Source: Mobula hypostoma
Taxonomy: Eukaryota
NCBI RefSeq assembly: GCF_963921235.1
Contig: NC_086101.1
Location: 110,050,001-110,114,000, forward strand
DNA: 64,000 nt
Reading direction: 5' to 3'
The notes under the pieces are model-generated. The model saw only the letters and a list, made by a program, of their open reading frames with translations. It was not told the DNA's origin and searched no databases. This document shows positions 10,272 to 22,375 of this stretch, one piece after another. A program made the translations under genes and the position numbers. Every line of letters starts with the position of its first letter. The first letter of the stretch is position 1.

Positions 10272-11564
10272 CAGGGGTCCCCAACCTTTTTCGCACTGCG
10301 GACCGGTTTCATATTGACAATATTCTTACGGACCGGCCGACCGGGAATGAGGGGTGGGGTGGTGGTGGTAGGGTTGCCACGGCCAAGAGTAGCAGTCTAG
10401 TCCTGACGAAGGGTCTCGGCCTGAAACGTCGACTGCACCTCTTCCTAGAGATGCTGCCTGGCCTGCTGCGTTCACCAGCAACTTTTATGTGTGTTGCTTG
10501 AATTTCCAGCATCTGCAGAATTCCTGTTGTTTGCAGTCAAATACGTCCGGTTTCCCCCTAAATAGACTACAATGACCATGAAGCCTTGCGCGGGCACCAG
10601 TGCGCATGCGTGTACGATTTTTTTCTACAAATCGATTTTGGCGATTCTGTTCGGCGCGGCGGCCGGAATATCGGTAATAAGTGGCTAATACACTCAATTT
10701 CCTTTCTGAAAGGGTTTATCGAACGAATTTAATATTAAACACCAGCGCATATTTTCCTCGCATGAATACAGTGATACGTCAATTATCAGGAGAGGACAGG
10801 GGAGCTTTAAGTAAGCATTGAACGAACTTCCAGTAGAAGTGGTAGAGGCAGGTTCGATTTTTTCATTTAAAGAAAAATTGGGCAGCTATATGGACAGGAA
10901 AGGAATGGCGGGTTATGGGCTGAGTGCAGGTCGGTGGGACTAGGTGAGAGTAGCGTTCGTCACGGACTAGAAGGGCAGAGATGGCCTGTTTCCGTGGTGT
11001 AATTGTTATATGGTTATATAAGTCAATAGCATCATAACATTTTAAGTAACGTTTGGATATTAAACACGCAGCACATATTTTCCCCATATGAACATATAAA
11101 ATCATTGCAACACACCAATATCGCTGAATCAGTGCGAGCCCTGGGCTTGTTTTCCTGCAACAGGACGGTCCTATCGAAGGCTGACGGGAGACAGCGATAG
11201 GCGAACGGGGTTCCTTATGTCCAGTCTAGTCCACAATTTAGTTTTCGTTGCATTCATTGCAGAGATAAGTTGGAAATGGAAGGAACGTTTTCAGTGCTTT
11301 CGTGGCTATCTCAGGATTTTTAGCCTTGACTTTGATCCGGAATGCCAGCAGAGATGTTAATGTCAAACATACTTTCCAGCCCGCCGTCATTCACAAGCTC
11401 GAGGAGTTGATCTCCTTCCCGTGCTGACATGGATGACGCGCGGGTAATGACCTCGCGTGCGTAATGGCTCAACAGTGGCCGTGACAGGGAATGAGGAAAG
11501 GTGCAGCTGTCTCATATCGCCAAATCATATCGCTTCCTCGCGGCCCGGTGGTTGCGGACCGCTG
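10272..11564 (-). mobile_element. Non-autonomous hAT (Charlie/Buster-like) DNA transposon
   Basis: TIRs CAGGGGTCCCCAACC and GGTTGCGGACCGCTG; near-perfect 8-bp TSD AAATAGGA/AAAAAGGA; contains a transposase C-terminal remnant. Confidence 0.85.
11129..11412 (-). pseudogene. hAT transposase C-terminal dimerisation-domain remnant (frameshifted)
   Basis: Hand translation gives DQLLELVNDGGL...EIATKALKTFLPFPTYLC...KTKLWTRLDI...AGKQAQGSH*. Confidence 0.75.
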
Positions 11565-11754
11565 AAAAAGGACAAGTGGGGGCGGTGCTGACTGAAAAGG
11601 TGGGGGGGGGGTCAGGGTGAATCTTGCTAAGAACATTTTAAATCAAATACAAAGAAACACACTCAACACAGTGTTAACGGCAACGTAATCCGACTTAAAA
11701 TACCGGACGGCGTTCTCCTTCCTCGAGTTGACGAATTATTAATATAATAGGCTT

Positions 11755-11930
11755 AATGGCAGGCCGTTCGTAAGTACGAGTTGTTTGTATGTCGGACGTT
11801 CGTAACGCGGGGACACCCTGTAATGGAACTTACGAAAGGCCCTGCCCCGATGAAAGCTACAATTATTACTAAGCAACGCAGTCGTTTAATTATTGAAATA
11901 CATACGAGTTACGAATGTCCAACTTAATTA
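11755..11930. mobile_element. Tigger/pogo-like DNA transposon end fragments
   Basis: GGACGTTCGTAACGCGGGGACACCCTGTA resembles a pogo-type terminus ending CTG+TA. Confidence 0.4.
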
Positions 11931-11935
11931 AACCA

Positions 11936-14900
11936 CTGTAGGTTTCAATGAGATCCCCATGAAGTCTTCTAAATCCCAGTGAGTATAGGCCCAACACTTT
12001 CATTCCCAGAATTATCCCCATGAACCTCCTCTGGATTCTTTCCTTTGACAACACACCCTTTCTGAGATATGGGGCTCAAAACTGTTGCCAGTAGTCCAAG
12101 TGCCATCTGACTAGTGTCTTCTTAAGCCTCACCATTATCTCCTTCAAATAAATGCCAACATTGCACTTGCCTTCTTTACCAGAGAATTAACCTTCTGGGT
12201 GTAATGCATGAGGACCCCTAGGTCCGTTTGCACCTCTTTTGTTTGAATTTTCTCCCTATTATTGGATACTCTGCCCTCATATTTAATCTTTTCCCTGATG
12301 ACTTTGACTTATGTTGGATTTTAAAAGCTTCCCAATCATCCAACTTTCCACTCACCTTTGCTAGCTTATATGTCCTTTCCTTGCCTTTTATGCAGTTTTT
12401 AAGTTTTCTTGTCAGCCAAGGTTGACTACCCCTGCCATGTGAGAACGTCTGTGGGACATGTCTCTCCTGCATCTTCCGAATCATTCCCAGAAACTTCAGC
12501 CATCTCCGCTCTGCTTTCAGCCCTGCCAGTATCCTCCCCCAATCCAGCTGGGCAAGCTCCTCTCTCATTCCTCTGTGATTCCCTTTATTCCATTGCGATA
12601 CTGATACATGTGTTATGCTTCTCCCACTGAAATTGAATTCAATCATATTATGATCACTGCCTTCTTAGGGTTCCTTTACGTTAAGCTGCTTAATAAGATC
12701 TGGGTTAATACACAACACCCAATCTAGATAGCCTTTCCCCAATTAAGCTTAAGCACAAGCTGCTCTAAAAAGCCACCTTGTAGGCATTGAACACAAGGGT
12801 GTAGCTATGGGCACTCGCATGGGCCCCAGCTGTGCCTGCCTCTTTGTTGGTTATGTGGAACAGTCTGTGCTCCAAACCTCTGCTGGTACTGCTCCCCAAC
12901 TTTTCCTTCGCTACATTGACGACTACATTGGTGCTGCCTCCTGCACCCATGCTGAGCTCGTCAATTTCATCAACTTTACTTCAAACTTTCACCCAACCCT
13001 CAAATTCACTTGGTCTATCTCAGACACTTCTCTCCCCTTTCTCAATCTCTCGGTCTCCATCTCTGGAGACAGACTGTCCACTGACATCTTTTATAAGCCC
13101 ACTGACTCTCATAACAACCTCGACTATACCTCTTCCCACCCTGCCACATGCAAAAATGCCATTCCCTATTCCCATTTCTTCTGTCTCCACCACATCTGCT
13201 CCCAGGATGAGGCTTTCCATTCCAGGACATCTCAAATGTCCTCTTTCTATAAGGATCGTGGTTTCCCTTCTACCATCATCAACGAAGCCCTCACCCGCAT
13301 CTCCTCCATTTCCCTCACTTCGGCTCTCACCCCATCCTCCCGCCACCACAACAGGGACAGAGTTCCGCTTGTCATCACCTACCACCCCACCAGCCTCCGA
13401 ATCCAGCACATTATCCTTCGCAAGTTCCACCACCTTCAACAGGACCCCACCACTAAGCACATCTTTCCCTCTCCACTCTTCTCCGCTGTCTGCAGGGATC
13501 GGTCCCTCCGCGACTCCCTGGTCCACACGTCCCTCCCCACAGATCTGCCACCTGGCACTTATCCCTGTAAGCGTAAGTGCTACACCTGTCCCTACACCTC
13601 CTTTCTTGCCACCATTCAGGGCCCCAACCAGTCCTTCCACGTGAGGCAACATTTCACTTGTGAGTCTGTTGTGGTCATCTATTGCATTCGGTGCTCCCTT
13701 CTCTACATCGGTGAAACCCGACGCAAATTGGGGGACCGCTTCGTCGAGCACCTCCACTCTGTCTGCCACAACAGACAGGATCTCCCGGTTGCCACCCAAT
13801 TCAACTCTGCTTCACATTCCCATTCGGATATGTCCATACATGGCCTCCTCTACTGCCATGATGAGGCTAAACTCAGGTTGGAGGAGCAACACCTCATATA
13901 CTGTCTAGGTAGTCTTCTGCCTCCTTCTACTACCTATTGTGCTTTCCCCTATTCCTTCTTCACCTTTCCTGCCTATCACCTCTCTGCTTCCCCTCCCCCA
14001 CCCCTTTATCTTTCCCCTTACTAGTTTTTCACCTGGAGCCTTCCAGACTTCTCCTTCCCACCCTCCCGCCACCTTCTTTATAGGGCCTCTGCCCCTTCCC
14101 TCTACAGTCCTGATGAAGGGTTCCGGCCAAAAACGTTGACTGATCGTTTCCACGGATGCTGCCTGACCTGCTGAGTTCCTCCAGCGTGCGGCGAGTGAAC
14201 ACGTTCCCTCTCTTGTGATCCAAACACCATTCTGCTTTTCCCAATCCACTTGCATATTGAAGTCCCCCATTACAATTGTATCATTACGCTCATTACATGC
14301 CTTTTCGCAATCCCTTTGCAATCTCAATCCCACATCCTGGCTACTATTTGGAGGCCTATATATGATTTCCCTAATGCTTTTTATACCCTTGCAATTTCTT
14401 AACTCCACCCACAAGGATTCAACATTCTCTGACCCTATGTCATCTCTTTCTAAAGATGTAAATCCATATCTTTCCAACAGAGCCACAGCACTGCCTATGC
14501 CTTCCTGCCTTTCTATGCCTTTATGCCTTTCGATATAAAGTATATCCCTGGATGTTAAGCTCCCAGCTATGGCCTTCTTTCAGCCACGACTTAGTTATGC
14601 CCACAATGTCAAACTGACCGTTCTCTAATTGTGCCACGAGTTCCTGCACCTTATTCTGAATGCGATGGGCATTTAAATACAACAGCTTCAGTCCTGCATT
14701 CTTCACCCTTTTGAACTTTGCCTCTGTGGTACAATTTAACTCCTCACTCTGTCTGCATTTGTAGTCAATCGTTGGCTTGTCCTTCCTTGCATTCAACTTG
14801 CACCCATCATCTACTTGTAAACCTGCTGGCTCAACCTTAGCTCTATCATCCTGGTGGCCATCATCCTGCCATATTAGTGTAAACTGTTCTCAACAGCTCT

Positions 14901-15874
14901 TGTCAGTCTTGCCAGAATAATTGCCCCCCTTCGATTCAAGTTCAACATATCCCTGTTGTACAGGTCCCACCTGCCCCAGAAGAGGTCCCATTATCCAGAA
15001 ATTTAAACCCCTGCTCCTGCTCGAATTCTTCAGTCATGCTTTTGTCTGCCACCTCATTCTATTCCTATCCTCACTGTCAGTGGCACAGGCAGCAATCCAG
15101 AGATTACTACCCTTGAGTTCCTGCTTCCCAGCTTCCTTCCTAACTCCCTATGTTCTTTTTTTCAGGATCGCCTCACTTTCTCTTCCCATGTTTTTTTGTA
15201 CCAATATGTACCACGACTTCCGGCTGCTCACCCCACAGCCCTTTTCAAGTTACTGTGGGCACGTCCAGAAACATCTCAGACCCTGGCACCTGGGAGGCAA
15301 ATTACAATATGTGTTTCCTTTTCGCGTCCACAGAATCATCTATCTGTCCCCCTGACTATAGAGTCCCTAATTACTGCTGCCAGCCTCTTCAGTTCCTTAC
15401 CCTTCTGACCCACAGGGCCTGACTCAGTGCCAGAGGCACAGCCATGGTTGTTTCCCCCCAGCTAGGTCATTCCCTCCCTCCCTCAACAGTATTCAAAATG
15501 GGGTACTCAAAATGGTGACTACATCCCTGTAGCTTCTGTCTATCACTGCTTCACTTTCCCCAACAAGCTGAAGGTCATTGAGCTGTAGCTCCAGATCCCC
15601 AACACTGTGTCTAAGGAGCTGCATCTCGATGCATCTGCACAGATGTGGGGAGGCAGGGAGTTTCCTGGAAATCCCACATCTGATAGTCAAAACAAGACAC
15701 TGGCTCTGTAGATATACCCCTTGTCTAGAATTGAATAAGGAATGAAGTTACCTCGACTCCACCTGTTCTTGCCAAGCTTTGTTTGGGCCAAAGCCTTCAA
15801 CTCTGACTCACTGCTCCCACGATGACTGCTTGGCTAGGTGGAACCTCTCCTTTATAGAGACTGGGTTTCCCATC
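11936..15874 (-). mobile_element. Degraded CR1 LINE reaching its 5' end (ORF1 zinc-finger/leucine-zipper and esterase remnants; ORF2 endonuclease remnants)
   Basis: Minus ORFs 15493..15690 (HLCRCIEMQLLRHSVGDLELQLNDL), 14521..14796 and 14215-14486 (LYLNA, VELRN, IVMGDFN); paralogous to 36093-39526. Confidence 0.85.
12795..14202 (+). mobile_element. 5'-truncated Penelope-like retroelement (RT C-terminal half plus GIY-YIG endonuclease)
   Basis: ORF 12807..14024 with MGTRMGPSCA, LRYIDD, and IYCIRC..LYIGET..LGDRFVEH; flanking duplication TGAACAC at 12788-12794 and 14196-14202; empty site in units B and C. Confidence 0.92.
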
Positions 15875-15924
15875 GAAAAGCTTTGTCAGACCTGTGCAGG
15901 AACTCTCCTGTCACGTCTGCACAG

Positions 15925-15999
15925 TACTCCAGTCAATCACTCCGCTCTGTGTTCTCTGGGGTGCTGCTCAGCAGCATATTCCCAGCACCACAGAGATGG
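15925..15999 (+). other. Candidate 75-nt phase 1-1 cassette exon (V)LQSITPLCVLWGAAQQHIPSTTEM; copies at 39577-39651 and 60205-60279
   Basis: Pyrimidine-rich CTCTCCTGTCACGTCTGCACAG acceptor; weak G|GTACAG donor; no stop codon; identical in all three units. Confidence 0.3.
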
Positions 16000-16034
16000 G
16001 TACAGACCATTGCTCACCACGTCCGTCTGCTCAT

Positions 16035-16558
16035 CAGCACTCGGTGCACAGTATTGTGCCTGAGGCTTTTGCACAGTGCTGTAGTAATTTAATGAATTAT
16101 ACTCTACTGTGCCAAAAAATAAAACACATCATGATATAAGTGAGTGATGATATGCCTGATTCTACTATGGGTTTCTAATGTGGACCAAGAGTGAGAAGGG
16201 GGCAGGGAGATGGGAATTATTGTTGGGAAAAGGGGAAGGCAGAGGGGAAAGAGCTGGAAGCAGCAGAGAGACATTCCACAATGATCAATAAAGCAATTGT
16301 CTGGAATCGGACTGGACCTTGCCTGGTGTCTCAGGGCTGGGTGTGTCTACACCAGTGCTACCCCAGCACTCCTTCTCTGCCACCTATACTATGTCCCTCC
16401 TACAACACTCCACTCTCAATATTCCATACATCCTTCGCTGCCCATAGATTTACAAACTCCCACTCTGCTCCATGATGACAAACACAGCACTATGCAAAAG
16501 TCTCAGGCGCCCTCGCTGCAGTGCATGTATGAGCCTAAGAATTTTTCACAGTACTATT
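16035..16558. mobile_element. Partial copy of the 2981-3707 MITE family (also at about 39687-40210 and 60315-60838)
   Basis: Shares GCACAGTGCTGTAGTAATTT, the purine-rich arm and the TIR-like GCAAAAGTCTCAGGC. Confidence 0.7.
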
Positions 16559-16656
16559 CTGCTGTCACCTGGTTGGATAAGCAGATGTCCTGACTACCAG
16601 TCGCACCATCTCTGCCAGTTGAGTTCACAATTAAGAATCTATCTGCCTGTTTCCAG

Positions 16657-16709
16657 ATGCCAACACTCGGAGAGTGAACAAGGAGACAGTCCAGGAGACC
16701 CAGCTCTGA
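16657..16709 (+). CDS. Terminal exon copy in unit A, (D)ANTRRVNKETVQETQL*; orphan, or used by gene 1
   Basis: CTGCCTGTTTCCAG| acceptor; phase-1 frame open to TGA in all three copies; AATAAA at 16923. Confidence 0.5.
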
Positions 16710-16922
16710 GAATGAATTCTCCCAGACAGTGTCGGGTCAGACGGTGTAACCCTGGTCGTCTGGGCACCGGGTGAAATGGAGATCACTCAACAATGCCACA
16801 TGAGATCACGTCACAGTGACAGAGGTGGAAGCGGAAGGGCCAGAGCCAATCTTAGAATCCAAGTGATCCTATCTCTTCCAAAAATGTATGGTTTACGTGC
16901 AACGTCTTATTATTATCCGTGT

Positions 16923-16928
16923 AATAAA
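16923..16928 (+). terminator. Putative polyadenylation signal AATAAA
   Basis: About 215 nt after the stop codon; conserved at 61202-61207. Confidence 0.5.
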
Positions 16929-17059
16929 AACCCCAGAACTATGTGAGATATTTTCATAGCTTGAATGACCAATACTGTTTAATGGTGTTGGCATTTATTT
17001 TGAACTGTTTCCTCTTTAGTTTTGCGGAAGAATATATTAGTAGTGCAATGCCATAAACA

Positions 17060-18123
17060 CAGGACGTTGAAAGTTGCTGGAAATCCAGAAGAACACGCAC
17101 AGAATGTTGGAGGAGCTCTGCAGATCAAAATGCATCAATCGAAATGAATACATGGTTACAATTTCAGGCTGAAACACTTCTTCTGCACTGGGGAGGAAGG
17201 GGATGTGGCCAGAATAAAAAGGTGGGGGATGGGAAAGAGAACTAGTTGGAAGGTGATAGTTGAGGTCAGGAGGGTGCGGAACTTATAGGGCTGGAGAACA
17301 AGGAATCTGATGCAGGAGAGGAGTGCGGACCATGAGGGATAGTGAAGAAGGGGTGCACCAGAGGGAGTTGATTGGACTACTTAGGAGAAGGGGTAAGAGG
17401 CCAGAGTGAGGAATAGAGGGAAAATATTGGAAGGAGGAATCGATGTTCATGCCGCTAGTTTGGAGTATACCTCTCACCACCTGGTCTCATGTAAAAGTGC
17501 AATTCCCTTTCCTCAGTTCCTTCGTCTATACCATCTGCACTTCATCCACCACACTGTTCCCAGGATGAGGATTTCCCTTGCAGGACACCAGAGATGTCTT
17601 CTTTCTCAAACTGGGTTTGAGTTGATGTTTCCAACACCCACATCTCCTCGATTTCCCATATGTCCACACTTACACCATCTTCCAGTAGTTTTAGCTTGGA
17701 TAGCGTTCCACATGTCCTCAATTATCACCACATTTGCCTCCACATCCAACACAAAGTTCACCATCTTCAATGGCATCCCGCCGCCATACAGATCTTTATC
17801 TCCTCACCCTCACCGTCCACGCTTCGCAGGGCTCGCTCCTTCCATAAATTCCTGTTTATTCCACCATCCCTATTACTCTCGCTCCTGCCCTTCTGGCTCA
17901 TACCCTGCAAGTGAAAGAAAAGCTGTATTTGCCAATTCAACTTCCTGTCCAGCATCGAGTCAGGGCCCCAAGTAGTCCTTATAGTTCAGGCCTCACTTTA
18001 CCTGCAAATCTGCTGGGCTATTCTATTCAATGCAACCTCACCAAATCGTGGTGAGACTGGAGGTGAATTTGCTGGCCACTGTCACCAGCAACTCCACTCC
18101 ATCTGTGGTTAACCATTTTAATT
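17060..18123. mobile_element. Penelope-like remnants (3' tail on the minus strand, then RT/GIY-YIG remnants on the plus strand)
   Basis: Homologous to parts of 13100-14180; paralogues at about 40730-41787 and 61350-62400. Confidence 0.6.
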
Positions 18124-21100
18124 AGAACATAGAATAGTACAGCACAGTACAGGCCCTTCGGCCCACATTGTTGCACCAACCCTCAAACCCTGCCTCCCAT
18201 ATAACCCCCTGCCTTAAATTCCTCCATATACCTGTCTGGTAGTCTCTTAAATTTCACTAGTGTATCTGCCTCCACCACTGACTCAGGCAGTTTATTCCAC
18301 GCACCAACCACTCTCTGAGTGAAAAACCTTCCTGTAATATCCCCCTTGAACTTCCCATCCCTTACCTTAAAGCCATGTCCTCTTTTATTGAGCAGTGGTG
18401 CCCTGGGGAAGAGGTGCTGGCTATCCACTCTATCTATTCCTTTTATTATCTTGTACACCTCTATCATGTCTCCTCTCATCCTCCTTCTCTCCAAAGAGTG
18501 AAGCCCTTGCTCCCTTAATCTCTGATCATAATGCATACTCTCTAAACAAGGCAGCATCCTGGTAAGTCTCCTCTGTATCCTTTCCAATGCTTCCACATCC
18601 TTCCTATAGTGAGGCGACCAGAACTGGACACAGTACTCCAAGTGTGGTCTAACCGGAGTTTTATAGAGCTGCATCATTTCCTCACAACTCTTAAACTCTA
18701 TCCCTCGACTTATGAAAGCTAACACCCCATAAGCTTTCTTAACTACCCTATCTACCTGTGAGGCAATTTTCAGCGATGTGTGGATGTGTACCCCCAGATC
18801 CCTCTGCTCCTCCACACTACCAAGTATCCTGCCATTTACTTTGTACTCTGCCTTGGAGTTTGTCCTTCCAAAGTGTACCACCTCACACTTCTCTGGGTTG
18901 AACTCCATCTGCCACTTCTCAGCCCACTTCTGCAACCTATCAATGTCTCTCTGCAATCTTTGACAATCCTCTACTCTATCTACAACACCACCAACCTTTG
19001 TGTCATCTGCAAATTTGCCAACCCACCCTTCTACCCCAATATCCAGGTCGTTAATAACAATCACGAAAAGTAGAGGTCGCAGAACTGATCCTTGTGGGAC
19101 ACCACTAGTCACAACCCTCCAATCCGAATGTACTCCCTCCACCATGACCCTCTGCCTTCTGCAGGCAAGCCAATTCTGAATCCACCTGGCCAAACTTCCC
19201 TGGATGCCTTCTGACTTTCTGAATAAGCATGCCTTCTGAATATCCATGCATAACTTTCTGAATAACCATGCCTTCTGAATTTCTGAATAAGCCTACCATG
19301 TGGAACCTTGTCAAATGCCTTACTAAGATCCACATAGATCACATCCACTGCACTACCCTCATCTATATGCCTAGTCACTTCCTCAAAAAAATCTTTCAGG
19401 CTCGTTAGACATGATCTGCCCTTCACAAAGCCATGCTGACTGTCTCTGATCAGAACATGATTCTCTAAATACCTGTAGATCTTATCTCTAAGAATCTTTT
19501 CCAACAGCTTTCCCACCACAGACATAAGGCTCACTGGTCTATAATTACTCGGACTATCCCTACTACCTTTTTTGAACAAGGGGACTACATTCGCCTCCCT
19601 CCTATCCTCCGGTACCATTCCTGTGGACAACGAGGACATAAAGATGCCAGCCAGAGGCTCAGCAATCTCTTCCCTCGCCTCATGGAGCAGCCTGGGGAAT
19701 ATTCCGTCAGGCCTCGGGGACTTATCTGTCCTAATGTATTTTAATAACTTCAACACCTCCTCTCCCTTAATATCAGCATGCTCCAGAACATCAGCCTCAC
19801 TCATATTGTCCTCACCTTCATCAAGTTCCCTCTCATTGGTGAATACTGAAGAGAAGTACTCATTGAGGACCTCGCTCACTTCCACAGGCTCCAGGCACAT
19901 CTTCCCACCTTTATCTCTAATCGGTCCTACCTTCACTCCTGTCGTCCTTTTGTTCTTCACAAAATTGAAGAATGTCTTGGGGTTCTCCTTTACCCTACTC
20001 ATCAAGGCCTTTTCATGCCCCTTTCTTGCTCTTCTCAGCCCCTTCTCAAGCTGCTTTCTTGCTACCCTATATTCCTCAATAGACCATCTGATCCTTGCTT
20101 CCTAAACCTCATGTATTCTGCCTTCTTCCATCTGACTAGATTTTCCACCTCATTTGTCACCCCTGGTTCCTTCACCCTACCGTTCTTTATCTTCCTCACC
20201 AGGACAAATTTATCCCTAACATCCTGCAGGAGATCCCTGGAGGAGAAGATGGCGGCGCAACGCAGCGTGCAGCCTCTCCGGTGAAATGATATTGCATTTG
20301 TTAAATAGAGGGCTGTACACAATCTTCATTTGATGGAGACGGACATGAGAAGCACGGAGGAACATCTGGAGAAACTTCTGAGATGCCCGGTTCTCTGCCG
20401 CTGCCACTGTGCAATTGAGAATCTCTGGAGAGAAGGCCCCAAATCCTCGATTTTGCCTGTTGCTGGCGGCCAGGGCTGGGGTCAAAGCACTCAGCAGAGA
20501 TGGTGCTCGGTGCTCAGTGTTGGAGGGCTGGTCGGTGGCTCGAAGTTTTCAGACGGATTGAGAGTCGGACTGTGGTCGGGTGCTTCCAGGATGCTGTATC
20601 GTCAAGTTTGCAGCGCTGGAAGCTCATGGCAGGGGAAGTTTTCTTCCTTCTACCATCTGCGTGAGATATTGGGAGTTTTGAGAGACTTTGAGACTTTTTT
20701 TTACCGTGCCCATGGTCTCTTCTATTAAATTATGGTATTGCTTGCACTGTTGTAACTATATGTTATAATTATGTGGTTTTTGTCAGTTTTTCAGTCTTGG
20801 TCTGTCTTGTGTTTCTGTGCTATCACACTGGAGGAAAATTGTATCATTTCTTAATGACAATAAAAGAGGACTGCGTGTCCTCAAAATCTAATCTAATCAT
20901 CGACCACATGTCCATAGTACATTTCCCTGCAAAAACATCATCCCAATTCACACCCGCAAGTTCTAGCCTTACAGCCTCATAATTTGCCCTTCCCCAATTA
21001 AAAAATTTCCTGTCCTCTCTGATTCTATCCTTCTCCATGATAATGCTATAGGCCAGGGAGTGGTGGTCACTGTCCCCCGGATGCTCACCCACTGAGGGAT

Positions 21101-22000
21101 CTGTGACCTGACCCGGTTCGTTATCTAATACTAGGTCTAGTATGGCATTCCCCCTAGTCGGCCTGTCCATATACTGTGACAGGAATCCATCCTGGACACA
21201 CTTAACAAACTCTGCCCCGTCTAAACCCTTGGAACTAATCAGGTGCCAATCAATATTAGGGAAGTTAAAGTCACCCATGATAACAATCCTGTTATTTTTG
21301 CACCTTTCCAAAATCTGCCTCCCAATCTGCTCCTCGGTATCTCTGCTGCTACCAGGGGGCCTATAGAATATCCCCAATAGTGTAACCACTTCCTTCCTGT
21401 TCCTGACTTCCACCCATAATGACTCAAAAGAGGATCCTGCTACATTATCCACCCTTTCTGTAGATGTAATAGTATCCCTGACCAGTAATGCCACCCCTCC
21501 TCCCCTTTCCCCCCTTCTCTATCCCTTTTAAAGCACTGAAATCCAGGAATATTGAGAATACATTCCTGCCCTGGTGTCAGCCAAGTCTCTGTAATGGCCA
21601 CTACATTATAATGCCATGTATGTATCCAAGCTATCAGTTCATCACCTTTGTTCCTGATGCTTCTTGCATTGAGGTACACGCACTTTAGCCCTTCTGCCTT
21701 CCTACCTTTACACCCTTTATTCTGCTTCTCTTTCCTCAAAGCCTCTCTATATGTTAGATCTGGCTTTACTCCTTGCACCTCTTTCACTGCTCTATCGCTC
21801 TGGGTCCCATCCCCCTTGCAAGTTAGCTTAAACCCTTCCGAACAATGCTAGCAAACCTACCTGCAAGGATATTGCTCCCCCTCGAGTTCAGGTGCAACCC
21901 ATTCAATCTGTACAGATCCCACCTTCCCCAGAAGAGATCCCAATGATCCAAAAATCTAAAGCCCTGCTCCCCTGCACCAACTCCTCAGCCAGAGGGCAGG
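18124..22000 (-). mobile_element. CR1 LINE of about 3.9 kb (RT, APE endonuclease, end of ORF1), frameshifted
   Basis: Minus ORFs 18183..19247, 19109..20005 (NYRPVSL, DLSKAFDKVPH), 20844..21494 (MGDFNFPNIDW, LDLVL) and 21440..21787 (YLNARSI); absent in unit C. Confidence 0.92.
20239..20897 (+). mobile_element. Second copy of the L1-like-headed non-autonomous element, nested in a CR1
   Basis: Starts GGAGGAGAAGATGGCGGCG and ends AATCTAATCTAATC. Confidence 0.75.
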
Positions 22001-22106
22001 GTTTTAGATATCATTTTAGAATCCATATCCCCATTCCCCTTCTAACTGTCTCTGCATTTGCTATGGTCAGGCCACACTCAGGATGGAGAAGCAGCACATC
22101 ATATTC

Positions 22107-22375
22107 ACATCAGGACATGTCTTTAAGGTAAGGGGTGGGAAGTTCAAGGGGGATACTAGAGGAAGATTTTTTACTCAAAGAGTGGTTGGTGCGTGGAATG
22201 CACTGCCTGAGTCAGTGGTGGAGGGAGATACACTCGTGAAGTTTAAGAGACTACCAGACAGGTATATGGAGGAATTTAAAGTGGGGGTTTATATGGGAGG
22301 CAGGGTTTGAGGGTTGGCACAACATTGTGGGCCAAAGGGCCTGTAATCTGCTGTACTGTTCTATGTTCTATATTC
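22107..22375 (+). mobile_element. Short 3' CR1 insertion with an ATATTC TSD, inverted relative to the CR1 end at 18124
   Basis: ATATTC at 22101-22106 and 22370-22375; unit C has a single CATCATATTCCGTC. Confidence 0.8.

Noticed and set aside
12832-13799. Long S/P/T-rich ORF (12832..13644) and antisense ORF (13020..13799)
   Set aside because: They are shadow frames of the C-rich Penelope coding sequence, with no independent domain signature.
18183-21787. An active autonomous CR1
   Set aside because: ORF2 is split by frameshifts and a nested insertion, and ORF1 and the 5' end are largely missing.
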